64,000 bases of DNA. Source: the human T2T-CHM13v2.0 reference genome, Homo sapiens. This document shows positions 1-23,267 of the stretch, one piece after another; positions within the stretch are counted from its first letter, which is position 1; each line of letters starts with the position of its first letter. The stretch lies in the NCBI RefSeq assembly GCF_009914755.1, contig NC_060936.1; one strand, 5' to 3'. Position numbers and translations under genes: made by a program. The notes under the pieces were generated by a model, which saw nothing but the letters and a program-made list of their open reading frames with translations, ran no database searches and had not been told where the DNA came from.

Positions 1-72
1 CTACAGAATCACTTGATGTAAATGTTTTATCAATGGCAATGATGGTGATCATGAAATATTGTTACTCCTTGA

Positions 73-252
<180 letters not shown>

Positions 253-709
253 TGATTTGGCTAATGGTAAAAGAGTTTGTTTCTAGGAGTAAAATTGGTG
301 TGCTTCATGAGGGTGGGGCTCTTGCCAATCTTATGCAATGTTATATGCCTGTTGTGCCTAGCATGAAGAATGGCTCTAAAAAGATATGTGTTAAATTGAT
401 AAGACTTCTAGAGGCTTGGTTCAAATATCTCTGTTGTAATAACAAAGTAGCAAAACTACCCCTTTACTGCACTAAGATGAAGAGCCAAAGGAAGACTTTT
501 TTAAAGATTGGAAAATTCATCTGATTTTGAACAACTAGCACAAAGGAGCTAGGATTCTTCAGCCAAGAAAAAGATTATTTAAAATCTTCTGGTATGTAAG
601 ACTAAGTATCCAGCTATTATATATCTGTATCAAAATAAAATAAGAAGACATTTTAATAGCAACATTTATATGTCATTTACTAGGTCTCAGACACTTTTCT
701 TTCTTTTTT

Positions 710-1804
<1,095 letters not shown>

Positions 1805-2985
1805 CTATGCTATAGTACCTCTCAAGAGACGAGATAATAGCACAAGTTACTCAGTGTTTAACTTATTGTGGAATAACACTGTGACAGGGAAGCTCAAGAG
1901 ACATTGAGATGAATTACCAGGAATTCTGTGCAATTTATCTTAGGAGATCCTTAAGATAGGATGAGTTCTTATTTTCCCGAGAGATTTCATATATGGGTTG
2001 GGAGTGGGGAATGAATGAGATGACTTCTCAGGATGTTTTCTTTCTAAAGTCTTATCATTAACAAAAGCAAATTTAAAGACTTTTAAAACCGATATTTTAA
2101 GATAGAGATTAGAGGGAAAGTTTTCAGGTAGTTCTGCATCTGTGATATAAGTGAAATAATTTTTTAAATGGAAAATTATTTTTAAAGGCAGTTTCTCCAT
2201 AGTCATTATGTTTTTTTCCTAGTTAAAAACAAAAAGCATAATTAGCATCATTGGTAGATTTAAAAACCACACACTTTAAAAAGATGCATTATTCTTAATA
2301 TATTAATTTACTAGTCTAACAAATATTTAAGGGCAAGGTACTATGGTAGCAGTGAAGAGAGAAATCAAGCATGTTCTTTCCCCTAAGAAGCTTACAGTCT
2401 AATGGGAAGAGATTAACTGTCCATGATTATGATAAAATATGGAAGAGAAAAACAGAGAGATGATGACTCCTAGTTGAGAGAGCTCCGAAAAAGTTTTATT
2501 GGCATTTGAGCTGGGACTTGAATGAGATTTGATTTGGATATCCAGGGTGCAAGAGAGAAGGACCAGCAGGAGCAAAGAGAAAGAGGCAAGAAAGCTCAGG
2601 GAATGCACACAAAGAAGGGTGAGTAGCTGAGCTGACTGAATTGAGGGTTACATTAAAGGGAAATAGAAAGGAATAAAAGAATCAGATGATTGAGGGCCTT
2701 GGATGCTGGGCTAATGATTTTGTTATTTCCCAAGTAATAGGAGAGATGGAAGATTTTTGAGCAGAGGAGGGAAAATGTCAAAATTAAGCTTTACAAATTT
2801 TCTAGCAGTGTTAGGGTAAGCCAGAACAGAAGTCACCTCTTAGGAGGCAAGAAGTCTCAAAGATGTCACGCTTGCTGCCAGGAGAAATGGAGAGAAGAGA
2901 AAGGATCTGGGAGATATATCTTCGTGGCTTATCAACTTTTGAAAGACATTATGTTGTCAAGAAATATGGATTTTGGTTCTGGACA

Positions 2986-2988
<3 letters not shown>

Positions 2989-3016
<28 letters not shown>
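2989..3016. repeat. (TG)14 microsatellite
   Basis: Read directly. Confidence 0.95.
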
Positions 3017-3019
<3 letters not shown>

Positions 3020-3399
3020 AGGCTAAGGGGAAAATGTTGAATCAGGTAACCTCCAAGGCACCATTCAGTTCTACAAGTCTTACTGCTTTTCCTCTCTTAA
3101 ATAATTCAATTTTCCTGATGGGTGGTTTAGCTAGTCACTAGGCCAGCTACTGAAGTATCCTGATTTTAAAGCCATAATCAATAATTGACAGTTCAACTTA
3201 GGAAAGAATTAAAGGACAGGCTGAATTTTCACATGTATGGGTATAATTGTTGTTTTAGACTATTGAACATACACTGGTGGTTCTCTCTTTATGCAGAAAA
3301 CTACAATGGCTTCAACAGGTTCAGCAGCTTAGCTTTGTCATTTATTTGATTCTGGCTTCCATGGACTGTGGCGGTGCTCCCTTTAAGAAAATCCCAGTT

Positions 3400-10094
<6,695 letters not shown>

Positions 10095-11167
10095 CAAGTT
10101 TACATTTTAACATTAAGGAAATTAGCAATAACCTCTCAGAGATCAAAGCAACTTGTTCTGTCCATTTCAAATATAAATAATCCCTGACATTTATAGTAGT
10201 TTTGGGCCTTTTTCCATCCCCACAAGGGACATAAATAAAATATTCAATTCAGTAAGAATTTACCAGTATGACAATATATCTCATGTTTTGCAATGTTTTG
10301 TTTTCACATGCATTATCCTGTTAGTGCTGCTCCCAATGGCCCTCACTAGGTGAGTGTTATTTATAAAATATCCTATTTTATAGATGTAGAAATGGGCTTA
10401 GAGAGGCAAGATGACCTGCTCAAGTTCATACAGCTAATCAAAAGAGTGCGAGGAAATTAAGGTGGGTATTCTAACTCAGAGCCCAGCACTCTTTCTATAT
10501 GTGGCATCTGTCACTCACCAATTTCTAATATTTGCCCAACTATCTGCTAGCAGGGAATATAAAGTAAAACATGGTTTCTGCCCTTCAGTTGAGAGATAAA
10601 GTATAAGCAGTTGTTAGCAATTTCAAATTGCTTTAAGTCAGTGATCAAATGAATAGACAATGAAGTCAGAGAAAGGAGATAATCTTGTTAGGGTGATGAA
10701 GTTGTAGCCCTTAATAGTACCATACTAAAATATACTGTGCTTATTTTTGTTATATGATTTCACTGCTTTAGCCTTTTCAGCTTGCACAAAATGAAAACAG
10801 TTACCAGAACTATGTTTTCCAAAGATGCAAATCTAAGCTGATTATCAGTTCAGATACTGTCTTTGAGAGGGGTTAGAAATGTAAAGAAACAAATGATAGA
10901 CTATTTATAAGAAGGGTAAATGCTTTAGTTAAATTTAGAAATCTTAACACCTCTACTTTTGCTTTTGAAAGTGGTCACATGCTAACTTTTGCATGGGCAA
11001 ATTTAGGACTCAAATTATAGGAAGAAACCTTCCTTGGATTAAGAGGAAACATTAAAGAAATACAAGTGAGGTTATTTCCATTGCCCCTAGGCAGAATCCA
11101 TTGTTCCTCAGCTGTATTTCCCAAGCTTTTTGTACTTGCTCGGTTTTAGATATTATGTATTTATTTA

Positions 11168-11498
11168 TGTCAAGTCGCCCCTTGGTATCCACAGAGGATT
11201 GGTTCTAAGATCTCTCTTGGATACCAGTTAATGGCTGCTCAAGTCCCTGATATAAAATACAACCTTTGTATATAACCTATGTACATCCTGTTGTATACTC
11301 TAAATCACCTCCAGATGACTTATAATACCTAATACAATGTAAGTGGTATGTAAATAATTGCTTCACTGTATTGTTTAGGGAATAATGACAAGAAAAAAGT
11401 CTGTACACGTTCATTACAGTTGCAATACTTTTCCCAAATATTTTTGATCTGTGGTTGGTTGAATCCATGGATACAGAACCCACAGAGAGTTAACTGTA
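11168..11498. mobile_element. MER2 (Tigger-derived) DNA transposon
   Basis: ccttggtatccacagaggattggtt...gattacttataatacctaatacaatgtaa-like core...ttggttgaatccatggatacagaacc. Confidence 0.7.
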
Positions 11499-12268
11499 TC
11501 TGCTTCTTCCATTAACCTGTTAATTGCCTGAGGACTTCATATTCCCAGATTCCCAGCACTAATATAGTGCCTGACACATAGCAGGAATACAAATATTGGT
11601 GAATTTTGTTGAGTTGAATCTGGAACTTGACAGTCCAAACTCTGGTAACTCCTAAGCCCTGGTGAGACCTAATTAGGCCGGATAGTTTTTAGCCACTAGG
11701 ACTAATGGGAAGCATATCATGTATTATATATTTTAAATTAAATATTTTATACTTAAAGTAGTTCTTTTTTGAATTGCTAGTTTGATGGCAGCTGTTTACT
11801 TAGGACCAAGAGTATGGCACAAATGACTCCCTGGGGAAAGTTTAGCAGTTGAAATAGAGGACATAGTCCAATCTCTTAGCACCACAAGAATATGTCCATT
11901 GCCTTAATGGCATCCCTTGTCCCCATCACATCTCACAACTATGTCACCTTCATCATAAAGAACTACGAAAACATACTACTGCCTGATTTAACATGCATTT
12001 ATTAATCTCCTATTATGTCTTCAGAAGGATGCTAGTTATTAGAGATGCAGAGGTGAATAAGAAATATCTGGCCAGTCACAGTGGCTCACTCCCATAATCC
12101 CAACATTTAAGGAGGCCAAGGTGGAAGGATTGCTTAAGACCAGGAGTTCGAGACCGGCCTAGAATACATAGCAAGTCCCTGTCTCTACAAAAAATAAAAT
12201 GTCTGGATGTGGTGGTGCATACCTGTAGTCCTAGCCACTCAAGAGACTGAGGCAGGAGAACTGCTTGA

Positions 12269-12607
<339 letters not shown>

Positions 12608-13816
12608 TAGTAGAGATGGGGTTTCACCGTGTTAGCCAGGATGGTCTTGATCTCTTGACCTTGTGATCCGCCCGCCTTGGCCTCCCAAAGTGCTGGGATT
12701 ACAGGTGTGAGTCACTGCGCCCGGCCGATTCCCACTCTTATAAAATGTATATGGTATTTCACACTCCAGTGAGAAGGAGAGATATGAATTGTGATAAGTT
12801 GCAATAGAACTGAACCTAGAAAAGGAAGTAACTAATTCTGCTTCTCTGTGACAGGGAAAGCTCCATAGAGGAAGCAAAATTTGAACTTGGCCTTGAACCA
12901 TGGATGGGGTGCCTTAGTCTAACAGGGATCCTGCCTTGTATTTCAGGAAAAAGCATGAAGACATAAAAAGTGTATCCCACTTGTTAGGGGAGCTGTCAGA
13001 ATGCTCTTGGCCGATAGCTACAGAAAATAAACTCATTATGGCCTAAAAAAGTAAGAAAATGTATGAGCTCAAACAAGAAACCCAGAGGAAGGGTGACAGC
13101 AGAATTGGTTAATTTAGGGGCAGAACCCACCATCGGAAACACAGATCCATCTCATCTTTCTGCTTTGCTATCCTTGGCGTATTGACCTTCCCCACAGGCT
13201 GGTTCTCCTCCTGGTCATCTAATGGCCACAGCAGTGCTAGGCACTATGTCTGGGCACAACACTGGTCAAAGGAAAAAGAAATGCTGTCTTCCTCAGTATG
13301 GAAATCTTTCTTAGGAACTTCCCAGTAGACTCCCCTTTAGTCTCATGGGCCCAAATTTCACTGCTGTCCCTAACTACACCAACCTCTGATGTGGGAAATG
13401 AGACCAACAGTGGCTGGACCTTGGGCTGGAGCTGGGATTTGCCTCTACCATAGTGTATGGCCATGGGGCAGGGAGGGGGAAGGGAGCCTGTGCAGGCAAC
13501 AAGCTGAATCAGCTTTAGGAGCCTTAGATGAATCGGTGTTATTAGTTCCTAGGGAAACTATTGGGCTGCTGAGAGATTAGTTTGAAAGGAAAGCAGAAGG
13601 CAGATGTGGCTTTGTGTGCCGTGTCAGGGATTTATACCTTGACCTCTGTGCTATGGAGTGATGTCATTTCTAGAAAAGTTTCAAGTTACATGGTTTTAAG
13701 GAAATAGTATCATTTTTAACCAGATGCTCAGTCCATCTTGAGGACGTCATCAGAATAAGTCATATAGAGGTATTTAAGATACTAGGATATATGTCTAGTG
13801 TAATATGCATACTTGT

Positions 13817-13821
<5 letters not shown>

Positions 13822-13859
<38 letters not shown>
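13822..13859. repeat. (AC)19 microsatellite
   Basis: Read directly. Confidence 0.95.
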
Positions 13860-13861
<2 letters not shown>

Positions 13862-15595
13862 GCTTCATTTTTGTTCCCAATTACGACTAGAAAGCTAATT
13901 AGGAAATAAAAACTTTTAACATTTAAAACACCTAAAGCAGTATAGTGTTAATTCTATCAAATGGTTATTCTCTCAAAGAATATTTCTGATCATTGAACAT
14001 AATTTATTAATCACAGACCTCTTTTTAAAAAAGGGAAAACAAATAGGAAACAGGAGCAGAAACATAACATTATTTTTGCATTTTCAGACTTTTCCATGGC
14101 AAAGTCTTTGGTAGTTAAGTTAGAAAATAGCCCCCCCTTGTGACCAAAAATCAGGTAATTGGTCATTCAAGTGAAAATGAAGCAAATTTTAAGCAATTCT
14201 CCAGGAAGAAGGAAGCAGGAAAACAGGAAAAGGCTGTCCCCTTCAGGATGATGTTAGTGTTACATCTCCAGTGTTAGAAATTGCTGGTTCACAAGCCCTT
14301 TGTTTATGTTGGCATGGTTAACTCTGATTGTTGACTCTAATTCCAAAAGTAGATTTATATTTATCTATCTTGTAGGAAAATTATTTTTTAACTCTCCCAT
14401 TATTTCTTTTTTACATTTTCTCTATATTCACTCTTGGCTTTTACAACATGCACAAGATGAAATAATCATTTTAAAAACTTTAACCTTATTTTCCCCAAAT
14501 GTTATCAATTGTAATTAGATAGCTAATGGAGGCAACATCTCTGGAGGGTGTGTGGGGATTTAGAAAGGCAAATGAAATAGGAAATTTGGTAATCAAAGAA
14601 ATTTCTAAAAATTTTAATATTTTCAAATCAGCTGTCTTGAATATCCCTAAATCTTCATGTACTATTTAATTTAATGGCATAGCCATAAATTATTATTTTA
14701 GGTAACCACAACTGAGGAGTGTAGTCTCTGAATGCTGAAGAAAGCATAAAGATTGACATTTTTTTGAAGATGAAAAAGAACAGCCTTACCAAGAAAATAG
14801 AGAACTTAGTTTAGCTTTAATACCTGGAAAAATACTGAAGCAAATCACTGATCAGCCAGTTTGTATTTATCCCCAGTAATTTGCAGAATTTGTTGGTTTT
14901 TTAAAACCTACATGGCTTTGTAAAGACAAAAGTTCACACGTTTAATCTAAGACTTAAGATGAACTGAAATTAAGATGGACTAATGTGTTGATTCAGTTCT
15001 CCTGAATAATGATAATAATAGCTACTATTATAATTATCTACTCTGACATTTATTGAGGATTTACTATGAACCTGGAATTGTGCTAAGCACTCTCTATATA
15101 TCTCATATAACACTACTGTTATATGGAGTACACATTATATTACACGTGACAACATTTCACAGATGAGAAAATGAAGTCTTAAAAAATTTAAGTAATGTCC
15201 CAAGACCAAGTCGTGGAGTTTGGTTTCAAACTCAGAGCTAGCTTATGACCTCTTAACCACTAGGTTTGCTGGAAACCAGGACTGGTATTCTCCAGGCTCA
15301 CATTCTCCAATCCTCTGCACTTTAAGTTGTATCTAGTTGGGTCATGGGTATTTAGTTCATTCTGTAACAGCTGGATAAAGGGCAATCTTCCACATGATGT
15401 AATCCCCAAATTGCTCAACAAAGACATTGTTGTTAATAGAGTCCACTGGGGTCAATTAAAAAATCAAAGTCAAAGGGGAGCAGAGGGTGGTATTTTGACC
15501 AGAGAGGAAAACGGCAAGGATTTAATTTGGGAAGACTGTTTTTTAAAAAATATTTAAACATTTATTGTGCTCAAAATTTAAATCCAAAAAAATTA

Positions 15596-15940
<345 letters not shown>

Positions 15941-16515
15941 TTAAAGTACAAAATAATTCATCACCTTCCTTTATTATTTACCCATTATTTCATCTAAATG
16001 TTTGTAGCTAAGATTTTCTTAAAGCAGTTTACCCATGATTACAGCTGCCTGAGAGGCCTGTCTCGTGGCATGTATATATGTTTCACCAAAGGCAATTTGG
16101 GAATGTGTGTTGGATCAAGATTCAGATAATGTAGACTTGGGTTTTCCATTTATTATGCCAGTAAACTTAGTCAACTCAGATTACCCATTCTGAGCCTTAC
16201 TTTCTCAAGTCTGAAATGGGGATAGTAATACTGGCTTATCAGTACTTCCTGCACAGGATTGTTGTACAGAATCAAATTCGTTTATATATTTGAAAAATAT
16301 CTACGGAAGGGATGGGTGTAATTATTGAAAAGAAGAAATCCTAGCATACTTCGGGATCTTTTACTACCATTTGCATCACTGTAAGATAGAGAAAAATGAG
16401 AGCTGTGTCCATGCATGTTAGAAGTAATTTTTTTCCTTTTTGTATTCATTTTATTTTAATTTTTTTTACATTTTATTTTAGATTCAGGAGGTACATGTGC
16501 AGGTTTGTTACATGG

Positions 16516-16925
16516 TGCGTTAGTCTGTTTTGCATTGCTATAAAGGAATACCTGAGACTGGGTAATTTATAAAGGAAAGAGGTTTATTTGGTTCATGGTT
16601 CTGCAGGCTGTGCAAGCATGACACCAGCATCTGCTCAGCTTCTGGGGAAGCCCCAGGGAGCTTTTACTCATGGTGGAAGATGAAGGGGGAGCAGGCATGT
16701 CACAGGTGAGACAGGGAGAAAGAGAGATGCTAGGCTCTTTTAAACATTCATATTTCACAGTAACTAATAAAGTAAGAACTCATTCATTACCATGGGGAGG
16801 GCACCAAGCCATTCATGAGGGGTCTACCCCAATGACCCAAACACCTTCCACCAGGCCCCATCTCCAACACTGAGGATTACATTTCAACATGAGATTTAGA
16901 GGCAAAAAACATCCAAACTATTTCA
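16516..16925 (-). mobile_element. MST (MaLR) solo LTR inserted in an antisense L1P 3'-end fragment (about 16460-17160)
   Basis: TG...CA termini, imperfect 5-bp TSD catgg/tatgg; the L1 sequence gtttgttacatgg|atatattg resumes after it. Confidence 0.8.
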
Positions 16926-18619
16926 TATGGATATATTGTGTAATGATGTGATTTGGACTTCTGGTGAACGCATCCCTCATCCAAATAGTGAACATTGTAC
17001 CCAATAGGTAATCTTTCAACCCTCACCTTCATCCCACCCTCCCGCCTTTTGGAGTTGCCAGTGTCTATTATTTCCATTTGTATGTCCATGTGTATCCATT
17101 GTTCAGTGAGGACATGCGGTATTTGATTTTCTGCTTCTGAGTTATTTCACTTATGATACTCTTCTAACAGTGAGAATTTAGGCTTTCTGGTAAGTATACC
17201 TTAGATGATAATTGTACTCTTTAGCGTCTGGAATCAAAGTTTATTCTGGTTTGCTCAGCCAAAGCTCTTTAACTCTGGATCTGGTTTGGAAGAAATGGAG
17301 CAGTCTATTCTCATCTGGACCAATCCCAGGAAACATCCTCATCTCAATTAATCCATAAGTCACATCACAGGTTTTTGTGTTTGTTTTGTTTTGTTTTTCT
17401 GTCACCACGATTCTCCATCCAATGGCTCTTGTGGAATAAAGCAATGCACAGAAGTGGCACTAAGAAGTCTGTTTTTTTTGTTTTTGTTTTTGTTTTTAGA
17501 GATAGCATCTTGGCCCGGGCGTGGTGGCTCACGCCTATAATCCCAGCACTTTGGGAGGCTGAGGTGGGTGGATCACAAGGTCAGGGTTTCGAGATCAGCT
17601 TGGCCAATATAGTGAAACCCTGTCTCTACTAAAAATACAAAAAAAAAAAAAAAAAAATCAGCCAGGTGTGGTGGCACACACCTGTAGTCCCAGCTACTTG
17701 GGAGGCCAAGGGACGGAGGTTGCAGTGAGCCAAGATCACGCCACTGCACTCCAGCCTGGGCAACAAGAGTGAGATTCCATCTCAAAAAAAAAAAAAAAAA
17801 AAGAGACAGCATCTCACTTTGTCACACAGACTGGAGTGCAGTAGCACAATCACAGCTTACTGCAGCCTCAACCTCCAGGCTTAAGCGATCCTCCCACCTC
17901 AGCCTCCTGAGTAGCTGGGACCACAGGCATGTGCCCACTGCACCCAGCTAACTTTTGTAGTTTTTGTAGAGATGGGGTTTTGCCATGTTGCCCAGGCTAG
18001 TCTCAAACTCCTGAGCTCAAGCAATCTTCCAGCCTTGGCCTCCTTAAGTGTTGGGATTATAGGCGTAAGCCACTGCACCTGGTTAGAAGTCTTAAATGAC
18101 AAAGAGGAGTGAGCTAGATAAAAGAGAAAAGGGATATTTCAAGTAGAGAGCACAACATGTACAAAAACTGGGCAATGTGAATTGTTTAGGGAACTACAAG
18201 TGGCCGAGGTGGCTAGAGGAAAGGCAGTGTGATAGAGTGATAGAGTGCAGCTTAGCCGTAGCCACTGTCAGGACTTTGGAGCCTGCCAGCTTTGGTTTGA
18301 AACCTAGTTCCACCTCTCTCAGCCGAGTGCCTTTGGGCTAGTTATATAACCTCTCTGTATCTACCTCACGGGGTTTAGAACTATTAAATGAATTATGGTA
18401 TATTAAATGCTTAAAATATTGCATAATACATAATGAGTACTCCTACTATTACTATTGTTATTGTGAATAGTTAGATAGGCAGGGGACAGGTCCTAGAGGC
18501 TCCTACGTTAAAAGGAAGAAAATTAAAACTATATGCCTAAAGCCATGGGGAGGTTTAGAAGGTTTTTGTAAGAAGTAGAGAGAAAGTATGTGATCTGATT
18601 TTTAGAAAGGTCATTCCAA

Positions 18620-20121
18620 TGAGAGGTGACAGCGTGCTGGCAGTCCTCAGAGCCCTCGCTTGCTCTCGGCACCTCCTCTGCCTGGGCTCCCACTTTGGCA
18701 GCACTTGAGGAGCCCTTCAGCCCACCACTGCACTGTGGGAGCCCCTTTCAGGGCTGGCCAAGGCTGGAGCCCACTCCCTTAGCTTGCAGGGAGGTGTGGA
18801 GGGAGAGACGCGAGCGGGAACCGGGGCTGCGTGCAGCGCTTGCAGGCCAGCTGGAATTCCGGGTGGGCGTGGGCTTGGCGGGCCCCTCACTCGGAGCAGC
18901 CGGCCAGCCCTGCTGGCCCCGGGTAATAAGGGACTTAGCACCCGGGCCAGTGGCTGCGGAGGGTGTACTGGGTCCCCCAGCAGTGCCAGCCCACCGGCGC
19001 TGCGCTGGATTTCTCACCGAGCCTTAGCTGCCTTCCCGAGGGGCAGGGCTCGGGACCTGCAGCCCGCCATGCCTGAGCCTCCCACCCACTCCATGGGCTC
19101 CTGTGCGGCCCAAGCCTCCCCAACGAGCACCACCCCCTGCTCCACGGCGCCCAGTCCTATCGACCACCCAAGGGCTGAGGAATGCGAGTGCAGGGCGCAT
19201 GACTGGCAGGCAGCTCCACCTGCAGCCCTGGTGCCGGATCCACTAGGTGAAGCCAGCTGGGCTCCTGAGTCTGGTGGGGACGTGGAGAGTCTTTATATCT
19301 AGCTCAGGGATTATAAACACACCAATCAGCACCCTGTGTCTAGCTCAAGGTTTGTGAGTGCACCAATCGACACTGTATCTAGCTGCTCTGGTGGGGCCTT
19401 GGAGAACCTTTATGCCTAGCTCAGGGATTGTAAATACACCAATCAGCACCCTGTGTTTAGCTCAAGGTTTGTGAATGCACCAATCGACACTCTGTATCTA
19501 GCTGCTCTGGTGGGGCCTTGGAGAACCTGTGTGTGGAAACTCTGTATCTAACTAATCTGATGGGGACGTGGAGAACCTTTGTATCTAGCTCAGGGATTGT
19601 AAATGTACCAATCAGCGCCCTGACAAAACAGGCCACTGGGCTCTACCCATCAGCAGGATGTGGGTGGGGCCAGATAAGAGAATAAAAGCAGGCTGCCCGA
19701 GCCCGCATTGGCAACCCACTCGGGTCCCCTTCCACACTGTGGAGGCTTTGTTCTTTCGCTCTTTGCAATAACTCTTGCTACTGCTCACTCTTTGGGTCCA
19801 CGCTGCTTTTATGAGTTGTAACACTCACTGCGAAGATCTGCAGCTTCACTCCTGAACCCAGCGAGACCACGAGCCCACCAGGAGGAATAAACAACTCCAG
19901 ACGTGCTGCCTTAAGAGCTGTAACACTCACCGCAAAGGTCTGCAGCTTCACTCCTGAGCCAGCGAGACCATGAACCCACCAGAAGGAAGAAACTCCGAAC
20001 ACATCTGAACATCAGAAGGGACAGACTCCAGATGTGCCACCTTAAGAGCTGTACCACCGCGAGGGTCCGCGGCTTCATTCTTGAAGTCAGTGAGACCAAG
20101 GACCCACCAATTCCGGACACA
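18620..20121 (+). mobile_element. LTR12C (ERV9) solo LTR, sense to NR1H4
   Basis: Termini TGAGAGGTGACAGCGTGCTGG...CCAATTCCGGACACA; 4-bp TSD CCAA (18616-18619, 20122-20125); CpG-rich U3, tandem CCAAT repeats and U5 repeats. Confidence 0.93.
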
Positions 20122-20598
20122 CCAATACGTGGATAGGGATAGATCAAAGGGAATCAAACTAAAGATAGGAAGGCCAGTAAAGAGGCAACTGCAGTAATCC
20201 AGAGGAAGAGAGATGGAAGCTTAAATTAAGTAAATGCCAGGTGCAATAAAGAGGAGAGGGAGCACCAGGTGAGAGTGAGGAGGAGAAGCCACAGGCCTGG
20301 GTGCCTGAATCTCAGTTGTCAGGCCTGGGCAGTTGAGTGGTGTGGATACCACTCACCGAGAATGGGAACGCCAGGAAAGAAGTGGATTTGGAGAAACGTG
20401 GGGGAGCTTAGTTCTGTGGTGTCTTTGATTTTGGACATACTGGGTTTGAAGAGAACAGCCAATTACTGATGCTTAGTAGGTAATGGCTTGGTGCTTCAGG
20501 AAGAGATCAGAACCCTTTGATAAGAACCCTGGCCTGGCTGGGCGCGGTGGCTCACGCCTGTAATCCCAGCACTTTGAGAGGCCGAGGCGGGCGGATCA

Positions 20599-20877
<279 letters not shown>

Positions 20878-21305
20878 CTATACTTCCAGACTGAATAACA
20901 ACCACTTTTTGTTAGTTGTTTAAGATGTGATCTCTGCCTTAATTATCGATAGTCATATTCAAAAGATTCACTAAATCCCATCTGGAAAATGGAGACGTTT
21001 TTGAGATTCTTTTGGCAATTGAAGAGCATTATCATTGATTATTAGTAGTGACTGAAACAAAGACACTGACAAAATTAGACATACACTCATTACACTCATT
21101 GTTTTGGCTATATTTTGAGAATTTTGTCAACTGATTGTCTTCACAATGTCCTTCCTTTGGACATATAATAAAAATAATATAGTCATTATTTGAATGTGTG
21201 CATATAGTTGCAAAATTACCATGTGTTTATATGTATAATGTGTTTCTAGTTTTACACTGTTTAGTCACTCAAAAATTGTATTATGATTGCAACTTTCCCC
21301 CACAG

Positions 21306-21419
21306 GTATCTCTGATGAATATATAACACCTATGTTTAGTTTTTATAAAAGTATTGGGGAACTGAAAATGACTCAAGAGGAGTATGCTCTGCTTACAGCA
21401 ATTGTTATCCTGTCTCCAG
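21306..21419 (+). CDS. NR1H4: NR1H4 penultimate coding exon
   Basis: Acceptor tttcccccacag|, donor CAG|gtaatt at 21420; 114 nt. Translates (G)[37 protein letters not shown](D), in phase with both flanking exons. Confidence 0.98.
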
Positions 21420-22640
21420 GTAATTCCAATGTTACATTTTAATTTTTATGCCATTTTTTTCAGTATACTAGTAATAACGTTTATTGAAAAAAATCTGGAA
21501 AACATAGAAATATAAAGAAAAAGTAAAGTAGCCTATAATTCTGCTATCCAAATAGAACCATTATTAACCTTTCAGTGCACTTCTTTTCAGTCTTTTTAAA
21601 AAATATCACACTTATTCATTTAATAAATGTATATTGAACACCTACTATGTACTAACCATGATGCTAAGCACCGGGGATGCAACAAGACACAGCTCCCATG
21701 CAGCTTGCATTCTGGTAGGATGAGAAAGATAATAAATGAAGAAACAATATTTTTTCAGAAGGTGGTAAATGCTACAAAAAATATAATGAGAATATAAAGA
21801 AAGAGAGTGGCACAAAAATGGTATTTTAATTTGTGGTCACAGGAGGCTTTTTTTAAGTGGGTGGCATTGGAGCAGGGATCTAAATGAAATTACATACTTT
21901 TTAACATAATAAGGAACTTTTTTCTGAGTTTATATTTCTTCTAAAAGTCATTTCCCAAGTCATTAAAAAATTACATTGGTAAAGTTGTAATATGTGCTAC
22001 ATATTCCATTGTATGAATATACAATCATTTACTTAATCTTTACCACATGTTTGTATATTCAGGATATTTCCAGTTTTTTTGATGTTGAAAATGTTTCTTC
22101 AACAGTTTTTTTTGGTTGTTGAAATGATACCTCTTTCCATATTTTTTTCTATATTTTTTGGTTACTTTAATAATTTGGGTGTCGAATGATGCCATGCTCA
22201 TGATTTGTAGAGCATAATAACAATGTTAGCCTTAGGCCATTTTTATACATTATCTTGAGGCAGAAGCTAGTTGTTACTTTGCTTTACCATAAAAATTATG
22301 ACTTGTGACTAAAAAACTATTCAGCAGAACCTTCTAAAGTTATGTATGGATATGTCCTATGACCCAGTGATTTCACTTCTGAGAATATACTCAACAGAAA
22401 GGATGCTCACGTCCACCCTACAGGTTATCTTTAGGGGTTTTGATTGGAAGGGGAATTGGGAGGCTTCTGGGAAGCATTACATGTGTTGTATCTTGATCTC
22501 GTTATAATTACGTGTGTGTGCATAAAAATTCATCAGGTTGAACACTTAATTTTCACATTTTGTGTACAACATTTAACTTACACTTCAAAATAGTTAACGT
22601 TGCTATAATTATGCTGAATTAATGCTTTTCCACTTTTTAA

Positions 22641-22910
<270 letters not shown>

Positions 22911-23235
22911 TGGGGATTACAGGGGAGGGGTCTAGCTCCTTTTTCTCTCTCATATTAATCTGATGTATAACTTTCCTTTATTTCACTTGTACCCAGTTTC
23001 ACTCAAGAAATCTTGATGAATATTTATGTTGTAATTACATGTGTAACTTCCACAACTGTAAATATTGGGCTAGATAGAACAACTTTCTCTACATTGTGTT
23101 TTAAAAGGCTCCAGGGAATCCTGCATTCTAATTGGCAAGCCCTGTTTGCCTAATTAAATTGATTGTTACTTCAATTCTATCTGTTGAACTAGGGAAAATC
23201 TCATTTTGCTCATCTTACCATATTGCATATATTTT

Positions 23236-23267
23236 ATTAAAGAGTTGTATTCAATCTTGGCAATAAA
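23236..23267 (+). terminator. NR1H4: Proximal NR1H4 polyadenylation signals
   Basis: ATTAAA at 23236-23241 and AATAAA at 23262-23267, about 350 nt after the stop codon. A more distal AATAAA lies at 23813-23818. Confidence 0.7.

Noticed and set aside
18626-19302. Overlapping 60-172 aa ORFs on both strands
   Set aside because: All lie in the GC-rich U3 of LTR12C; no gag, pol or env similarity.
19290-19620. Regularly spaced direct repeats resembling a CRISPR-like array
   Set aside because: These are the internal CCAAT-containing U3 repeats of LTR12; no unique spacers and no cas genes.
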